Of a stretch of DNA of 19,626 nt, positions 7,548 to 17,158 are shown piece after piece. The notes under the pieces are model-generated. The model was given only the letters and a program-made list of their open reading frames with translations. It was not told the DNA's origin and searched no databases. Source of the stretch: a bacterium (GTDB taxonomy: Bacteria; Zhuqueibacterota; Zhuqueibacteria; Oceanimicrobiales; Oceanimicrobiaceae); the NCBI GenBank assembly GCA_046758365.1, contig JBHIAC010000049.1, positions 1 to 19,626 of the forward strand, written 5' to 3'. The position numbers and the translations under genes are program-made. The stretch's first letter is position 1, and every line of letters begins with the position of its first letter.

Positions 7548-7563
7548 TGGCATGCAAGTTGTA
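7548..7563 (+). promoter_or_regulatory. sigma54-like promoter
   Basis: TGGCATG-CAAG-TTGTA: strong -24 element; the -12 element reads GT instead of GC. Confidence 0.5.
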
Positions 7564-7621
7564 CAGTAATATAACAGAATTAGAAAATTACGTACCCAAA
7601 GAATACAAGGAGGTATTAATT

Positions 7622-8194
7622 ATGAAAAAACAGATGAGTCAATTCGGAATGGGGATTTTATCGACTCTTCTGATCTTGGGATTTTCTCAAAAAGGGATTT
7701 TTGGGAAAGTCCCAGTTAATTTTAAGAGTTTACAAGAAATAGTTAGACATGTTGTGTCTTCCGATCGTGCTGGTGTCGAAATTTCTTTGAAAAATCAGAT
7801 AAGTTCCCTTTTTGTACGGCATGATGGAAATGGCCCAATGGCTATGATTATGCTAATTGTGCACGATAAAGAAGTAACTCAAGCAGTACAAAAGTTCATG
7901 CAAAGCAAACGAATACCCCTGATTTTTTCTGTTTCGACTCTACCCCACACCGAAGTAAATTTCGATCTTTCATTTTTCCAATTTGAACAAGACCAACGTC
8001 TTTGGCAACCTAAAACTGAATCTAATAGTATAGAAATGTTCCCTTTAGGAAAGGAAACAAAATTCGGAGGAACTTTGAAAGACAGTGAAATTCATCAAGG
8101 CATAGTTCTACTTCCCGATTGGTTCGATTTAAGTCGTCCTATCACCATACGCTATCTCAATAACGAGAGATTATTGACATTTTTAGCAAATTAA
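7622..8194 (+). CDS. Hypothetical secreted protein (190 aa)
   Basis: AAGGAGG SD before ATG 7622; MKKQMSQFGMGILSTLLILGFSQ is signal-peptide-like; no family recognised. Confidence 0.75.
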   Translation: MKKQMSQFGMGILSTLLILGFSQKGIFGKVPVNFKSLQEIVRHVVSSDRAGVEISLKNQISSLFVRHDGNGPMAMIMLIVHDKEVTQAVQKFMQSKRIPLIFSVSTLPHTEVNFDLSFFQFEQDQRLWQPKTESNSIEMFPLGKETKFGGTLKDSEIHQGIVLLPDWFDLSRPITIRYLNNERLLTFLAN

Positions 8195-8380
8195 CAGCAT
8201 TTTGGAACTGCGATTCAACCAATTTAGGATCTTACAGATAATCCCTCCTCCTTAAATCAATTCAGGACATCTCCGTACAACTATTTTTTTGATCCAAGTT
8301 ATTTAAAAATAAATGATAATATAAAATAAAATTCGGTAAAAATTACGAATTCAGCCTAAAATCACTGTGGGAAAAATATA

Positions 8381-8409
8381 TTGACTTTAATCACAAAAAT
8401 GCCTATATT
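8381..8409 (+). promoter_or_regulatory. sigma70-type promoter of the tRNA-Leu/tig operon
   Basis: TTGACT, 17 bp spacer, TATATT, ending 12 bp before the tRNA. Confidence 0.75.
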
Positions 8410-8421
8410 TTTTTAAACAAT

Positions 8422-8504
8422 GCGAGAGTGGCGGAATTGGTAGACGCGCTAGATTTAGGATCTAGTGAGCATGGCTCGTGTGGGTTCGAGTCCCTCCTCT
8501 CGCA
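8422..8504 (+). tRNA. tRNA-Leu (anticodon TAG)
   Basis: Acceptor GCGAGAG/CTCTCGC plus A; anticodon stem CTAGA/TCTAG with loop TT-TAG-GA; variable arm GAGC-ATG-GCTC; T-loop TTCGAGT. CCA is not encoded. Confidence 0.96.
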
Positions 8505-8528
8505 CTTAAAATTTTACGAAAGTAGAAG

Positions 8529-9830
8529 ATGGAAACAAAAATAATAAAACAAGGAAATAGTCAAAGAATAATCGAGGTTGAATTAACTCAAGAAGAACTT
8601 GAGCCTCATTTTGATGCTCTCTATCGCAAGTATCAAAAAAATATTCGCTTAGAAGGATTTAGGCAAGGTAAGGTGCCTTTGGGCTTAATTAAAAAGATTT
8701 ATGGTGAAGAAATAACAAATAAGGCAATCGATGAAGTTGTTCAAAACGTTTATAAAGAAGTAAGAGATAAAGAAAATTTAAAGCCCATCGCCCCTGCCAA
8801 AGTAGAAGATATTAATTACAATCCAGAAAATGGACTACACTTCAAAGCTATCGTCGAGGTATTACCGGATTTCGAGTTGAAACATTATAAAGAAGTATCA
8901 GTGGATCAAGAAGTTTATGAGATTGGGGAAGAAGATGTGGAAGAGGCTTTACAAGATGTTAGGGAACAGATGGCTGTGATGCATCCAGTAGAAGAAGGTG
9001 CTAAAGAAGAACACTATATCCTTGCTGATTTACAAGAAATTGACACTTCCGGTGTCCCGGTTATTGGGAAAAAATATGAGGACCAACTTTTCCAACTTAG
9101 TAGTAATAATTCAAATAAAGAACTTACTGAACAACTGATAGGAGTTAAACCTGGTGAATATCGGCGTGTTCAATTGTCTTCTTTGCAAACAGATGGCTCT
9201 AATGAAAAGAAAATAGAGACGTATAATGTCAAGATTAAAGAGATTAAAGAAAAACAGCTTCCTGAATTGGATGACGAACTCGCCAAGGACTTTGGACAAT
9301 TTGAAAATTTAGAAGCCTTTAGAAGCCATATCCGTGAAAAATTAATTAAAAAGAAGGAAGCCGATTCCAGAAGGCTTTTACGTCGTGGAATTATTGATGA
9401 AATTCTAAAAAAGAATCCATTAGATCTACCCGAATCCATGATAAATAATTATCTCGATGCGATAATTGATAATGCTAAAAAAGGGGCTAAAGGGGCTATT
9501 GATGAGCAAGAAATACGAGAAAACTATCGTCCAAGTGCAATCTGGAGCCTTAAATGGGAGTTGATTAAAGATAAGATTGTGGAACTTGAAAATTTAACTG
9601 TTACAGACGAGGACAAAAGAAATTATATCAGACGTATATCGGAAGAAAGAGGTGTGGATGAAAAATTGCTGTGGAATAAACTCAACAACCAAGAAGCCCA
9701 AAATCGATTTTTGGGAGATGTGTTGGAAGAAAAAGTGTTGGATTTTTTAGAAAAAAATGCTAAAATTAATAAGATGAAAATTACAAGGAGAGATATTGAA
9801 AAAAGAAAACAATTAGCTATTTCACCTTAA
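8529..9830 (+). CDS. tig: Trigger factor
   Basis: GFRQGKVP ribosome-binding motif, LPELDDELAK, typical length and synteny with clpP-clpX. Confidence 0.93.
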   Translation: METKIIKQGNSQRIIEVELTQEELEPHFDALYRKYQKNIRLEGFRQGKVPLGLIKKIYGEEITNKAIDEVVQNVYKEVRDKENLKPIAPAKVEDINYNPENGLHFKAIVEVLPDFELKHYKEVSVDQEVYEIGEEDVEEALQDVREQMAVMHPVEEGAKEEHYILADLQEIDTSGVPVIGKKYEDQLFQLSSNNSNKELTEQLIGVKPGEYRRVQLSSLQTDGSNEKKIETYNVKIKEIKEKQLPELDDELAKDFGQFENLEAFRSHIREKLIKKKEADSRRLLRRGIIDEILKKNPLDLPESMINNYLDAIIDNAKKGAKGAIDEQEIRENYRPSAIWSLKWELIKDKIVELENLTVTDEDKRNYIRRISEERGVDEKLLWNKLNNQEAQNRFLGDVLEEKVLDFLEKNAKINKMKITRRDIEKRKQLAISP

Positions 9831-9904
9831 CTTTTTGTTAGCATACTTTGTTAATTAAACCAATATATAAACTAAAATTGAAATAAGGAAAGAGTTAAAA
9901 TAAG

Positions 9905-10528
9905 ATGGGATTAGTACCAGTAGTAATAGAACAAACCGGCCGTGGAGAGAGGGCCTATGATATATTCTCGCGGCTTTTAAAAGAACGCATAATTTTTATC
10001 GGTACCGCTATCGAAGATGCGGTGGCCAGTTTGACAATAGCTCAAATGCTGTTCCTCGAAGCTGATGATCCGGAGAAAGATATCTCACTTTACATCAATT
10101 CTCCAGGTGGGTATGTTTCAGCGGGCTTGGCCATTTACGATACCATGCAACATGTTAAGCCCAGCGTGGTAACTTATTGCATGGGTCAGGCATCTAGTAT
10201 GGGTGCAGTACTTTTGGCAGCCGGGGAGAAAGGGAAACGATTTGCTTTACCCAATGCCAGGGTTATGATTCACCAACCTTGGGGAGGTGCTCAGGGTCAA
10301 ACCACAGATATCGAAATTCATGCTAAAGAAATGTTAACCCAAAGAGAAAAAATAAATCAGATTTTGGCCTACCATACGGAACAGTCTTTGGAGAAGATTT
10401 CTAAAGACACCGATCGAAATTTCTTTATGTCTGCCGAAGAAGCAAAAGCTTATGGCATCATAGATGAAGTTATTGATAGAAAAGGACTTACTAAGAAAAA
10501 AGTATTAAAGCGATCAAATAATAAATAA
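9905..10528 (+). CDS. clpP: ATP-dependent Clp protease proteolytic subunit
   Basis: [26 protein letters not shown] (catalytic Ser) and MIHQP (catalytic His). Confidence 0.98.
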   Translation: MGLVPVVIEQTGRGERAYDIFSRLLKERIIFIGTAIEDAVASLTIAQMLFLEADDPEKDISLYINSPGGYVSAGLAIYDTMQHVKPSVVTYCMGQASSMGAVLLAAGEKGKRFALPNARVMIHQPWGGAQGQTTDIEIHAKEMLTQREKINQILAYHTEQSLEKISKDTDRNFFMSAEEAKAYGIIDEVIDRKGLTKKKVLKRSNNK

Positions 10529-10543
10529 AGAGAAGAGAATAAG

Positions 10544-11788
10544 TTGGCAGGAAGAGAAAAAAGAGAACGACTAATCATCTGTTCATTTTGTGGCAAGAAT
10601 TCCAATCAGGTCGAATGCATTGTTACGGGACCTGATGTATTTATTTGCAATGAGTGCGTAAAAAGTGCCAGCGAAATCATTCGGGATGATTTTGTTAGGC
10701 GTGGCAAGCCTTATCAAAATCAAAATCCTCTCCCCTCTGAAATTAAAGAAGTACTGGATGACTATGTCGTTGGTCAAGAGCAGGCAAAAAAGAAATTGTC
10801 GGTAGCGGTTTATAATCATTACAAACGGATCAAATCTTTTAATGCATTTGATGATGTTGAGCTTGAAAAAAGCAATATTCTTTTTATCGGACCAACAGGA
10901 ACAGGTAAAACCCTTTTAGCGCAAACTCTGGCTCGTTTTCTACAGGTACCTTTTACTATTGCAGATGCCACTACGTTAACGGAAGCAGGCTATGTGGGTG
11001 AAGATGTTGAAAATATATTAGTTCGTTTGCTTCAGTCGGCCGATTACGAATTAGAAAAGGCTGAAAAAGGTATTGTTTATATTGATGAACTGGATAAAAT
11101 CGCTCGAAAAGATGGTAATCCATCTATTACGCGAGATGTTTCCGGTGAAGGCGTTCAGCAGGCCTTACTGAAATTGTTAGAGGGTACAACGGCTGCTGTT
11201 CCCCCCAAAGGTGGTAGAAAGCACCCAGAACAAAATTTAATCAATATTAACACCAAAAATATTCTATTTATTTGTGGTGGCGCTTTTATCGGATTGGAAA
11301 AAGTTATTGGCAGTCGTATTGGGAAAAAGAATATTGGGTTTGGCGCTGAGATTCACAAAAAACGCGATAAGAGAATTGGTGATATTTTAAACCATGTAGA
11401 ACCAGAAGATTTAATAAAGTTTGGGTTGATTCCAGAGCTCATTGGTAGACTTCCAGTGGTTGCCATTCTTGAAGAACTGGATGAAAAAGCACTCATGGCT
11501 ATTTTACAAAATCCCAAAAACGCACTTACCAAACAATTTAAACGCCTTTTCGAATTGGACGGAGTCGAGTTAGAATTTGAACCCATCGCGTTACAAACGA
11601 TAGTCAAATTAGCCCAAAATCGTTGTACCGGAGCAAGAGCCCTAAGGTCTATTTTTGAAGATGTCATGCTAGATTTAATGTACGAAATTCCTTCTAGTGG
11701 TGTCAAACAATGCATTATTACAAAAGATGTGGTTTTAAAACGAGAACAGCCAATATTGACTTTTGAAAGAATTAAAAAAAGAGCTTAA
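10544..11788 (+). CDS. clpX: ATP-dependent Clp protease ATP-binding subunit ClpX
   Basis: CSFC/CNEC zinc finger, [32 protein letters not shown] and the IGF loop; TTG start. Confidence 0.98.
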   Translation: MAGREKRERLIICSFCGKNSNQVECIVTGPDVFICNECVKSASEIIRDDFVRRGKPYQNQNPLPSEIKEVLDDYVVGQEQAKKKLSVAVYNHYKRIKSFNAFDDVELEKSNILFIGPTGTGKTLLAQTLARFLQVPFTIADATTLTEAGYVGEDVENILVRLLQSADYELEKAEKGIVYIDELDKIARKDGNPSITRDVSGEGVQQALLKLLEGTTAAVPPKGGRKHPEQNLININTKNILFICGGAFIGLEKVIGSRIGKKNIGFGAEIHKKRDKRIGDILNHVEPEDLIKFGLIPELIGRLPVVAILEELDEKALMAILQNPKNALTKQFKRLFELDGVELEFEPIALQTIVKLAQNRCTGARALRSIFEDVMLDLMYEIPSSGVKQCIITKDVVLKREQPILTFERIKKRA

Positions 11789-11836
11789 CTTCTTTTTAAT
11801 CATTTGTTATAAAATTAATTTATTCTTCAAAGCATT

Positions 11837-11888
11837 AAAAATCTTCCTCTGTTCTAAGATATGAATGCGGGGAGATTTTTTAGTTTTT
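11837..11888 (+). terminator. Long hairpin or terminator between clpX and lon
   Basis: AAAAAUCUUCCU-C-UGUUC...GAAUG-C-GGGGAGAUUUUU with G-U pairs on the + strand and a U-rich tail. Confidence 0.55.
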
Positions 11889-11905
11889 AAACGAGTTAAT
11901 GGAAA

Positions 11906-14245
11906 ATGAATAAAATTACCCGGGATGGCTCAATTATTGAGATAAATAATCGTCTTCCAATACTTCCTTTAAAGGATGTAGTGATATTTCCATATATGAT
12001 TTTCCCGCTTTTGATTGGCCGCGAGTCTTCTTTAAAGGCCATCGAAGAATCCATGATGTTGGATAAGCTTATTTTTCTTGCTGCTCAGAAAGATGTTTCC
12101 ATAGAAGTTCCAGTAAAAGAAGATCTATATAGAGTGGGTGTAGTGGCTCGAGTACTGCAAGTGTTAAAATTACCTAACGGTCTGATGAAAGTATTAGTAG
12201 AAGGAATAATACGAGGTAGAATCAAGCGCTTTCTAACAGTCGCTGATCACTTTCAAGCTCAAATCGAAATAATTGCGGAAACTGAAAATTTAACTCCAAA
12301 AACCAATGCTAAAGTTCGGCGGGTAGTATCTTTGTTCAAAGAGTATGTAAGGCTTAATCGTAATATTCCTGATGAAATTTTATTAAGCATTGACACGGTA
12401 GAAGAACCCCATCGATTTGCTGATTTTGTAGCTTCTCATCTACAGCGTGGGATTAAAACTAAACAGAATATATTAGAAAGAATATCGGTTGATGATCAAC
12501 TTTTTGAATTAATCAAAATCCTTGAATCTGAAATGGAAATTCTTGAGCTCGAAAAGGATCTTGAAGAAAAAGTACGCGGTCGGATTCAAAAATCTCAGAG
12601 AAATTTATATCTTCAGGAACAGATGCGAGCCATTCAGGAGGAATTAGGGGAAGAGGGTGAATTAAACGGTGAGTTTGCTTTTTTGAGCGATAAAATCAAA
12701 AAAGCTAAGATGCCAAAAGAAGCAGAAGAAATAGCTTATGAGGAATTGGAAAAACTTCGTACCACCCCGCCTTTTTCCCCCGAAGCTACGGTGATTCGAA
12801 ATTATTTAGATTGGCTGTTAACGGTGCCTTGGCATAAGAAAACAAAAGATAATCTGGATATAGAAAAAGCAAATCAAATCCTCGATGAAGATCATTATGG
12901 ATTAGAGAAACCCAAAGAAAGAATTCTGGAACATTTGGCAGTGCTTAAATTGGCAAAGAAAATGAAGGGCTCCATCCTTTGTTTTGTGGGTCCGCCTGGG
13001 GTCGGTAAAACCTCGCTAGGCATATCGGTTGCTCGGGCTATGGGTAGAAACTTTGTTCGAGTATCTTTAGGTGGAGTTCGTGATGAAGCCGAAATTCGAG
13101 GACATCGTCGAACTTACATCGGTGCCATGCCTGGAAAAATTATACAATGCATGAAAAAAGCAAAAACGATTAATCCGGTTTTTCTCTTAGACGAAGTGGA
13201 TAAGATGAGCATGGATTTTCGTGGTGATCCTTCTGCCGCTCTTCTTGAAGTGCTGGATCCCGAACAAAATGTGGCTTTTAGTGACCACTATCTGGAAGTA
13301 GATTATGATTTATCCCAAGTACTCTTTATTACAACCGCTAACCTAGAAAGTCAGGTACCGGAACCTCTTAAGGATCGGATGGAAATTTTAAGCTTACCCG
13401 GGTATCTAGAGCATGAAAAGTTGGAAATAGCAATAGGATTTTTAATTCCAAAGCTTTTAAAAGGTCATGGATTAATATCCAATTATTTGAAATTTAGCAA
13501 ATCCGCTATTTTGAAAATAATTAGAGAATATACCCGTGAGGCAGGCGTCCGAAATTTAGAGCGAGAGCTCTCTTCAATTTGTCGCAAAGTAGCAAGAGAA
13601 ATTGTTCAAAATGATAAAAGAAAAATGGTGACTGTGTCCCAAGGGAATATTCAAAAATATCTTGGAATCCCAAAATATCCTGAGCGACCTCTAGAACAAG
13701 AAGAAATGGTGGGGGCCGCAATCGGTCTTGCTTGGACGCGTTATGGTGGCGATATTCTGCAAATAGAAGTTAATTTAATGCGGGGTAAAGGGGCTCTGTC
13801 ATTGACAGGTAAATTGGGGGATGTGATGAAAGAGTCCGCAAAAGCGGCGCTTTCCTATGCTCGGACTAATGCCAACAAATTGGGCATTAGTGGGGAATTT
13901 TGGAAAAAGCAAGACATCCACATTCATATCCCAGAAGGGGCTACCCCTAAAGATGGCCCATCGGCGGGTATTACCATTGCTGTGGCTCTGATTTCTGCCT
14001 TAAGCAATAAAAAGGTTAAAAAGGATGTAGCCATGACTGGCGAAATTACCCTCAGAGGAAACGTGCTAGGCATTGGTGGTCTAAATGAAAAGTTACTGGC
14101 AGCTCAGAGGTCAGGCATTAAGACCGTCATTATCCCGTATGAAAATGAAAAGGAATTAGTTGAAATTCCTGAACCAGTAAAAAAAGGTTTGAAAATACAT
14201 ACAGTAAAACGCATGGATGAAGTCCTGAAAGAGGCTTTGGTTTGA
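11906..14245 (+). CDS. lon: Lon protease (LonA)
   Basis: Lon N-domain, [28 protein letters not shown] (catalytic Ser) and the downstream Lys in EKLLAA. Confidence 0.98.
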   Translation: MNKITRDGSIIEINNRLPILPLKDVVIFPYMIFPLLIGRESSLKAIEESMMLDKLIFLAAQKDVSIEVPVKEDLYRVGVVARVLQVLKLPNGLMKVLVEGIIRGRIKRFLTVADHFQAQIEIIAETENLTPKTNAKVRRVVSLFKEYVRLNRNIPDEILLSIDTVEEPHRFADFVASHLQRGIKTKQNILERISVDDQLFELIKILESEMEILELEKDLEEKVRGRIQKSQRNLYLQEQMRAIQEELGEEGELNGEFAFLSDKIKKAKMPKEAEEIAYEELEKLRTTPPFSPEATVIRNYLDWLLTVPWHKKTKDNLDIEKANQILDEDHYGLEKPKERILEHLAVLKLAKKMKGSILCFVGPPGVGKTSLGISVARAMGRNFVRVSLGGVRDEAEIRGHRRTYIGAMPGKIIQCMKKAKTINPVFLLDEVDKMSMDFRGDPSAALLEVLDPEQNVAFSDHYLEVDYDLSQVLFITTANLESQVPEPLKDRMEILSLPGYLEHEKLEIAIGFLIPKLLKGHGLISNYLKFSKSAILKIIREYTREAGVRNLERELSSICRKVAREIVQNDKRKMVTVSQGNIQKYLGIPKYPERPLEQEEMVGAAIGLAWTRYGGDILQIEVNLMRGKGALSLTGKLGDVMKESAKAALSYARTNANKLGISGEFWKKQDIHIHIPEGATPKDGPSAGITIAVALISALSNKKVKKDVAMTGEITLRGNVLGIGGLNEKLLAAQRSGIKTVIIPYENEKELVEIPEPVKKGLKIHTVKRMDEVLKEALV

Positions 14246-14273
14246 ATTCGTAATAAGTAAGAAGGAGGAAAAA

Positions 14274-14408
14274 ATAAGCAAGATATTATCATTTTTAGTG
14301 TTTGCAGTTGGTTTAGTGGGATTCGCTTTTTTATGGCCTTTCTGGTATGGCACCAAGACAAAAAGGAATGGAAAAAGAGTTAATCTACCCAGAATTTTTA
14401 TAGAATGA
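14274..14408 (+). CDS. Putative 44-aa single-TM microprotein with non-canonical ATA start (or start-decayed gene)
   Basis: AGGAGG (14263-14268), 5 nt spacer, ATA; (M)SKILSFLVFAVGLVGFAFLWPFWYGTKTKRNGKRVNLPRIFIE*. The stop overlaps the engB start (ATGA). Confidence 0.5.
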   Translation: MSKILSFLVFAVGLVGFAFLWPFWYGTKTKRNGKRVNLPRIFIE

Positions 14409-14989
14409 AAATCACTTCAGTTGAATTCATTAAGAGTGTTGAGAATATAAATGAAATTCCGCAAGATAATCTGAAAGAAATTGCTTTTGCAGGGAGGTCC
14501 AATGTCGGAAAATCTAGCCTCATTAATTGTCTACTTAATCGAAAGAAATTAGCAAAAACAAGTTCGACCCCGGGTAAGACCCGACAATTGAATTATTTTA
14601 AAATAAACAATAAATTCTATTTTGTAGATCTACCCGGCTATGGTTTTGCAAAAGTTTCGAAAAAGAAAAAAGCACTCTGGCAACAACTTATTGAAAGTTA
14701 TATTAAAGGTAGCCCCAATTTGAAAGGAGTGATTTCAATTGTTGACAGCCGGGTGGGTCTAACGGAATTGGATTTACAATTGTTAGAATGGATGAAGAGC
14801 TTAAATATACCAGTGGTGTTAGTGGCCACTAAATCAGATAAACTCTCAAAATCTTCATTAACAAATCAGATTTCAAAAATATCTGAGCAATTAGTGGATA
14901 CATATTCTGGATATGTTTATCCTTTTTCTACAGTATCAGCTCTAGGTAAAAAACAAGTTTGGCGAGAAATATTAAATTGGTTGGAGTGA
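14405..14989 (+). CDS. engB: Ribosome biogenesis GTPase EngB/YihA/YsxC
   Basis: GRSNVGKSS, TPGKT, DLPGYG and TKSD; conserved position after lon. Confidence 0.96.
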   Translation: MKITSVEFIKSVENINEIPQDNLKEIAFAGRSNVGKSSLINCLLNRKKLAKTSSTPGKTRQLNYFKINNKFYFVDLPGYGFAKVSKKKKALWQQLIESYIKGSPNLKGVISIVDSRVGLTELDLQLLEWMKSLNIPVVLVATKSDKLSKSSLTNQISKISEQLVDTYSGYVYPFSTVSALGKKQVWREILNWLE

Positions 14990-14995
14990 TATACA

Positions 14996-16138
14996 ATGCG
15001 AGAAAGACTGTTTACACCGGGTCCCACTCAGGTTCCGGAACGTGTACAAGTGGCCATGTCAAATCCTTTGGTTCACCATCGAGGGTTAGCTTTTAAGGAA
15101 ATTTTTCAAGAAGTTATTGACAATCTACAATATTTTTTTCAAACCCAAGGCGATGTTTTAGCCTTTACCTCTTCAGGTACCGGAGCTATGGAAGCGAGTG
15201 TAGTAAATCTACTTTCGAGACATGATGAGGTGTTGACGGTTGCAGGGGGCAAATTTGGGGAACGTTGGACCGAATTGTGCCGATCCTACGGGGTTAATAA
15301 CCATACTATTGAAGTTCCTTGGGGAGAAGCGATTGATCCAAGAGATATAGAAAAATTTTTAATAAGTCATCCTAAAATCGTTGCCGTGTTTATCACTCAC
15401 AGTGAAACTTCCACAGGCGTTGCTGCTGATGTGAAATCAATTGCCAACATTGTTCGGAAGTATTCCAAAGCCTTGTTCGTGGTGGATGCGATCACTTCTG
15501 CTGGGGTACTTCCGTTTAAGATGGATGAGTGGGGTATTGATGTAGCTGTTACAGGTTCACAAAAAGGTCTGATGATTCCACCAGGTCTCGCGGCCGTGGC
15601 CTTAAATTCCAGAGCTTGGAATAAGGTCAAATCCTCTGATTTGCCGAAATATTATTTTGATTTCGAAAAGGAGAAAAGGGCTCAGGAAGCCAGGACCACA
15701 GCCTGGACTCCCGCTATCACGCTTTTTATGGGTCTTAGAGAAGCTTTGAAAATGATCCGAGAGAAAGGGATTGAAAACCTCTGGGAAAAATATGCTCTCT
15801 TGGCACACGCCACGCGTCAAGGTGTTTTGGCTATGGGATTAGAATTATTTGCTAAATCCCCTTCCGATTCTCTAACCGCTGTCAAAATTCCGGCAACAAT
15901 GGATGGTTTAAAATTTGTTCAACATCTGAGAGAAAAATATGGAATTACGGTTGCAGGGGGTCAAGGACCTCTAAAAGGAAAAATATTCCGAATAGCCCAT
16001 ATGGGTTATTATGATTCATTTGATATGGTAGCTATGGCCTCGGCCCTGGAAATGGCTCTCTTGGATTATGGTTGGCAGTTTGAATATGGTGCAGGTGTTT
16101 GCACTGTACAACAAATTTTTATGAAAAATAACGCCTAA
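14996..16138 (+). CDS. Class V PLP aminotransferase (alanine/serine-glyoxylate/pyruvate family)
   Basis: LFTPGPT, SGTGAMEA, HSETSTGV, VDAITS, GSQKGLMIPPG (PLP Lys) and FRIAHMG. Confidence 0.92.
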   Translation: MRERLFTPGPTQVPERVQVAMSNPLVHHRGLAFKEIFQEVIDNLQYFFQTQGDVLAFTSSGTGAMEASVVNLLSRHDEVLTVAGGKFGERWTELCRSYGVNNHTIEVPWGEAIDPRDIEKFLISHPKIVAVFITHSETSTGVAADVKSIANIVRKYSKALFVVDAITSAGVLPFKMDEWGIDVAVTGSQKGLMIPPGLAAVALNSRAWNKVKSSDLPKYYFDFEKEKRAQEARTTAWTPAITLFMGLREALKMIREKGIENLWEKYALLAHATRQGVLAMGLELFAKSPSDSLTAVKIPATMDGLKFVQHLREKYGITVAGGQGPLKGKIFRIAHMGYYDSFDMVAMASALEMALLDYGWQFEYGAGVCTVQQIFMKNNA

Positions 16139-16153
16139 AATAGACCGAAGTAA

Positions 16154-17116
16154 ATGACAACTCAAAAGATCTTAATTTCCGACCCGGTAGCTGATGTTTG
16201 TCTTTCTATTTTAAAAGATAGAGGGTTTGAAGTTGATTTCCTCCCAGGTCTTCCAACGAACGAGCTTTGCAACAAAATTGGAGCCTATGAAGGATTAATA
16301 GTTCGAAGTGCCACAAAAGTTACCGCGGAAGTTATTAATCACGCTGAAAATCTAAAGATTATTGGTCGTGCTGGTACTGGAGTGGATAATATCGATGTGG
16401 CTGCTGCTACGCAAAAAGGGATTGCGGTTGTAAACGCAGCCAAAGCGAATACTATCTCGGCGGCTGAACATACCTTTGCTTTAATGATGGCCTTAGCTCG
16501 AAGAATTCCCGAGGCTCAAATCTCGATTTTAAAGGGACAATGGCAGAAAAGCAAGTTTATAGGCATTGAACTTTATGGCAAGACTTTAGGAATAATTGGT
16601 CTTGGCAAAATCGGCCGGCAAGTAGCTAAAAGAGCCATCGCCTTTGGCATGCACGTTTTGGCTTGTGATCCGTTAATTGAATCGGAAGTCTTTCATTTAG
16701 TAGGCGTCAAAGAATGCAATTTGAATGAAATATTTCGTCAAAGCGATTTTATCACAATTCATGTTCCATTTGCCGACCAAACCAGATACTTAGTGGGAGA
16801 AGCCCAATTTGAAATTTGCAAAAGAAACTTAAGACTTATTAATACCGCTCGAGGTGGGGTCGTAGATGAGGCGGCATTATATCGGGCATTAAAAAATGGT
16901 AAAATTGCTGGGGTAGCCCTCGACGTGTTTGAAAAAGAGCCTCCAGGCGAAAATCCACTTTTTGATTTGGAAAATGTGGTTATTACACCGCATTTGGGAG
17001 CTGGAACTTTGGAAGCCCAAAATAGAGTGGCTGAAGAAATTGCACAACTGGTGGCGAATTTTTTACTGAAGAAAAGTGTTGAAAATATTGTTAATCCCGA
17101 GGTTACTCAAAGTTAG
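16154..17116 (+). CDS. serA: D-3-phosphoglycerate dehydrogenase-like, catalytic core only (no ASB/ACT domains)
   Basis: IVRSATKV, GRAGTGVDNIDV, GLGKIG (Rossmann), NTARGG, DVFEKEP and TPHLGA; 320 aa. Confidence 0.75.
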   Translation: MTTQKILISDPVADVCLSILKDRGFEVDFLPGLPTNELCNKIGAYEGLIVRSATKVTAEVINHAENLKIIGRAGTGVDNIDVAAATQKGIAVVNAAKANTISAAEHTFALMMALARRIPEAQISILKGQWQKSKFIGIELYGKTLGIIGLGKIGRQVAKRAIAFGMHVLACDPLIESEVFHLVGVKECNLNEIFRQSDFITIHVPFADQTRYLVGEAQFEICKRNLRLINTARGGVVDEAALYRALKNGKIAGVALDVFEKEPPGENPLFDLENVVITPHLGAGTLEAQNRVAEEIAQLVANFLLKKSVENIVNPEVTQS

Positions 17117-17158
17117 CACCAAATGTTTTATTAATAATAAGCATAAATTTAATCTTTC

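Noticed and set aside
2690..7621. Upstream TTG starts given by the track for the ORFs at 2690, 5251 and 7547
   Set aside because: In-frame ATGs at 2735, 5272 and 7622 have clear SD sequences, and the 7547 TTG lies inside the sigma54-like promoter.
834..8504. Integrative element or prophage at either tRNA
   Set aside because: No integrase or transposase, and no duplicated tRNA 3' end found by eye.
14228..14408. prfB-like +1 frameshift at the lon stop (GTT TGA) fusing Lon to the downstream TM peptide
   Set aside because: The +1 frame is open into the microprotein, but tRNA-Val re-pairing from GUU to UUU is poor and the upstream SD-like spacing does not match prfB. The ORF's own AGGAGG is a simpler explanation.
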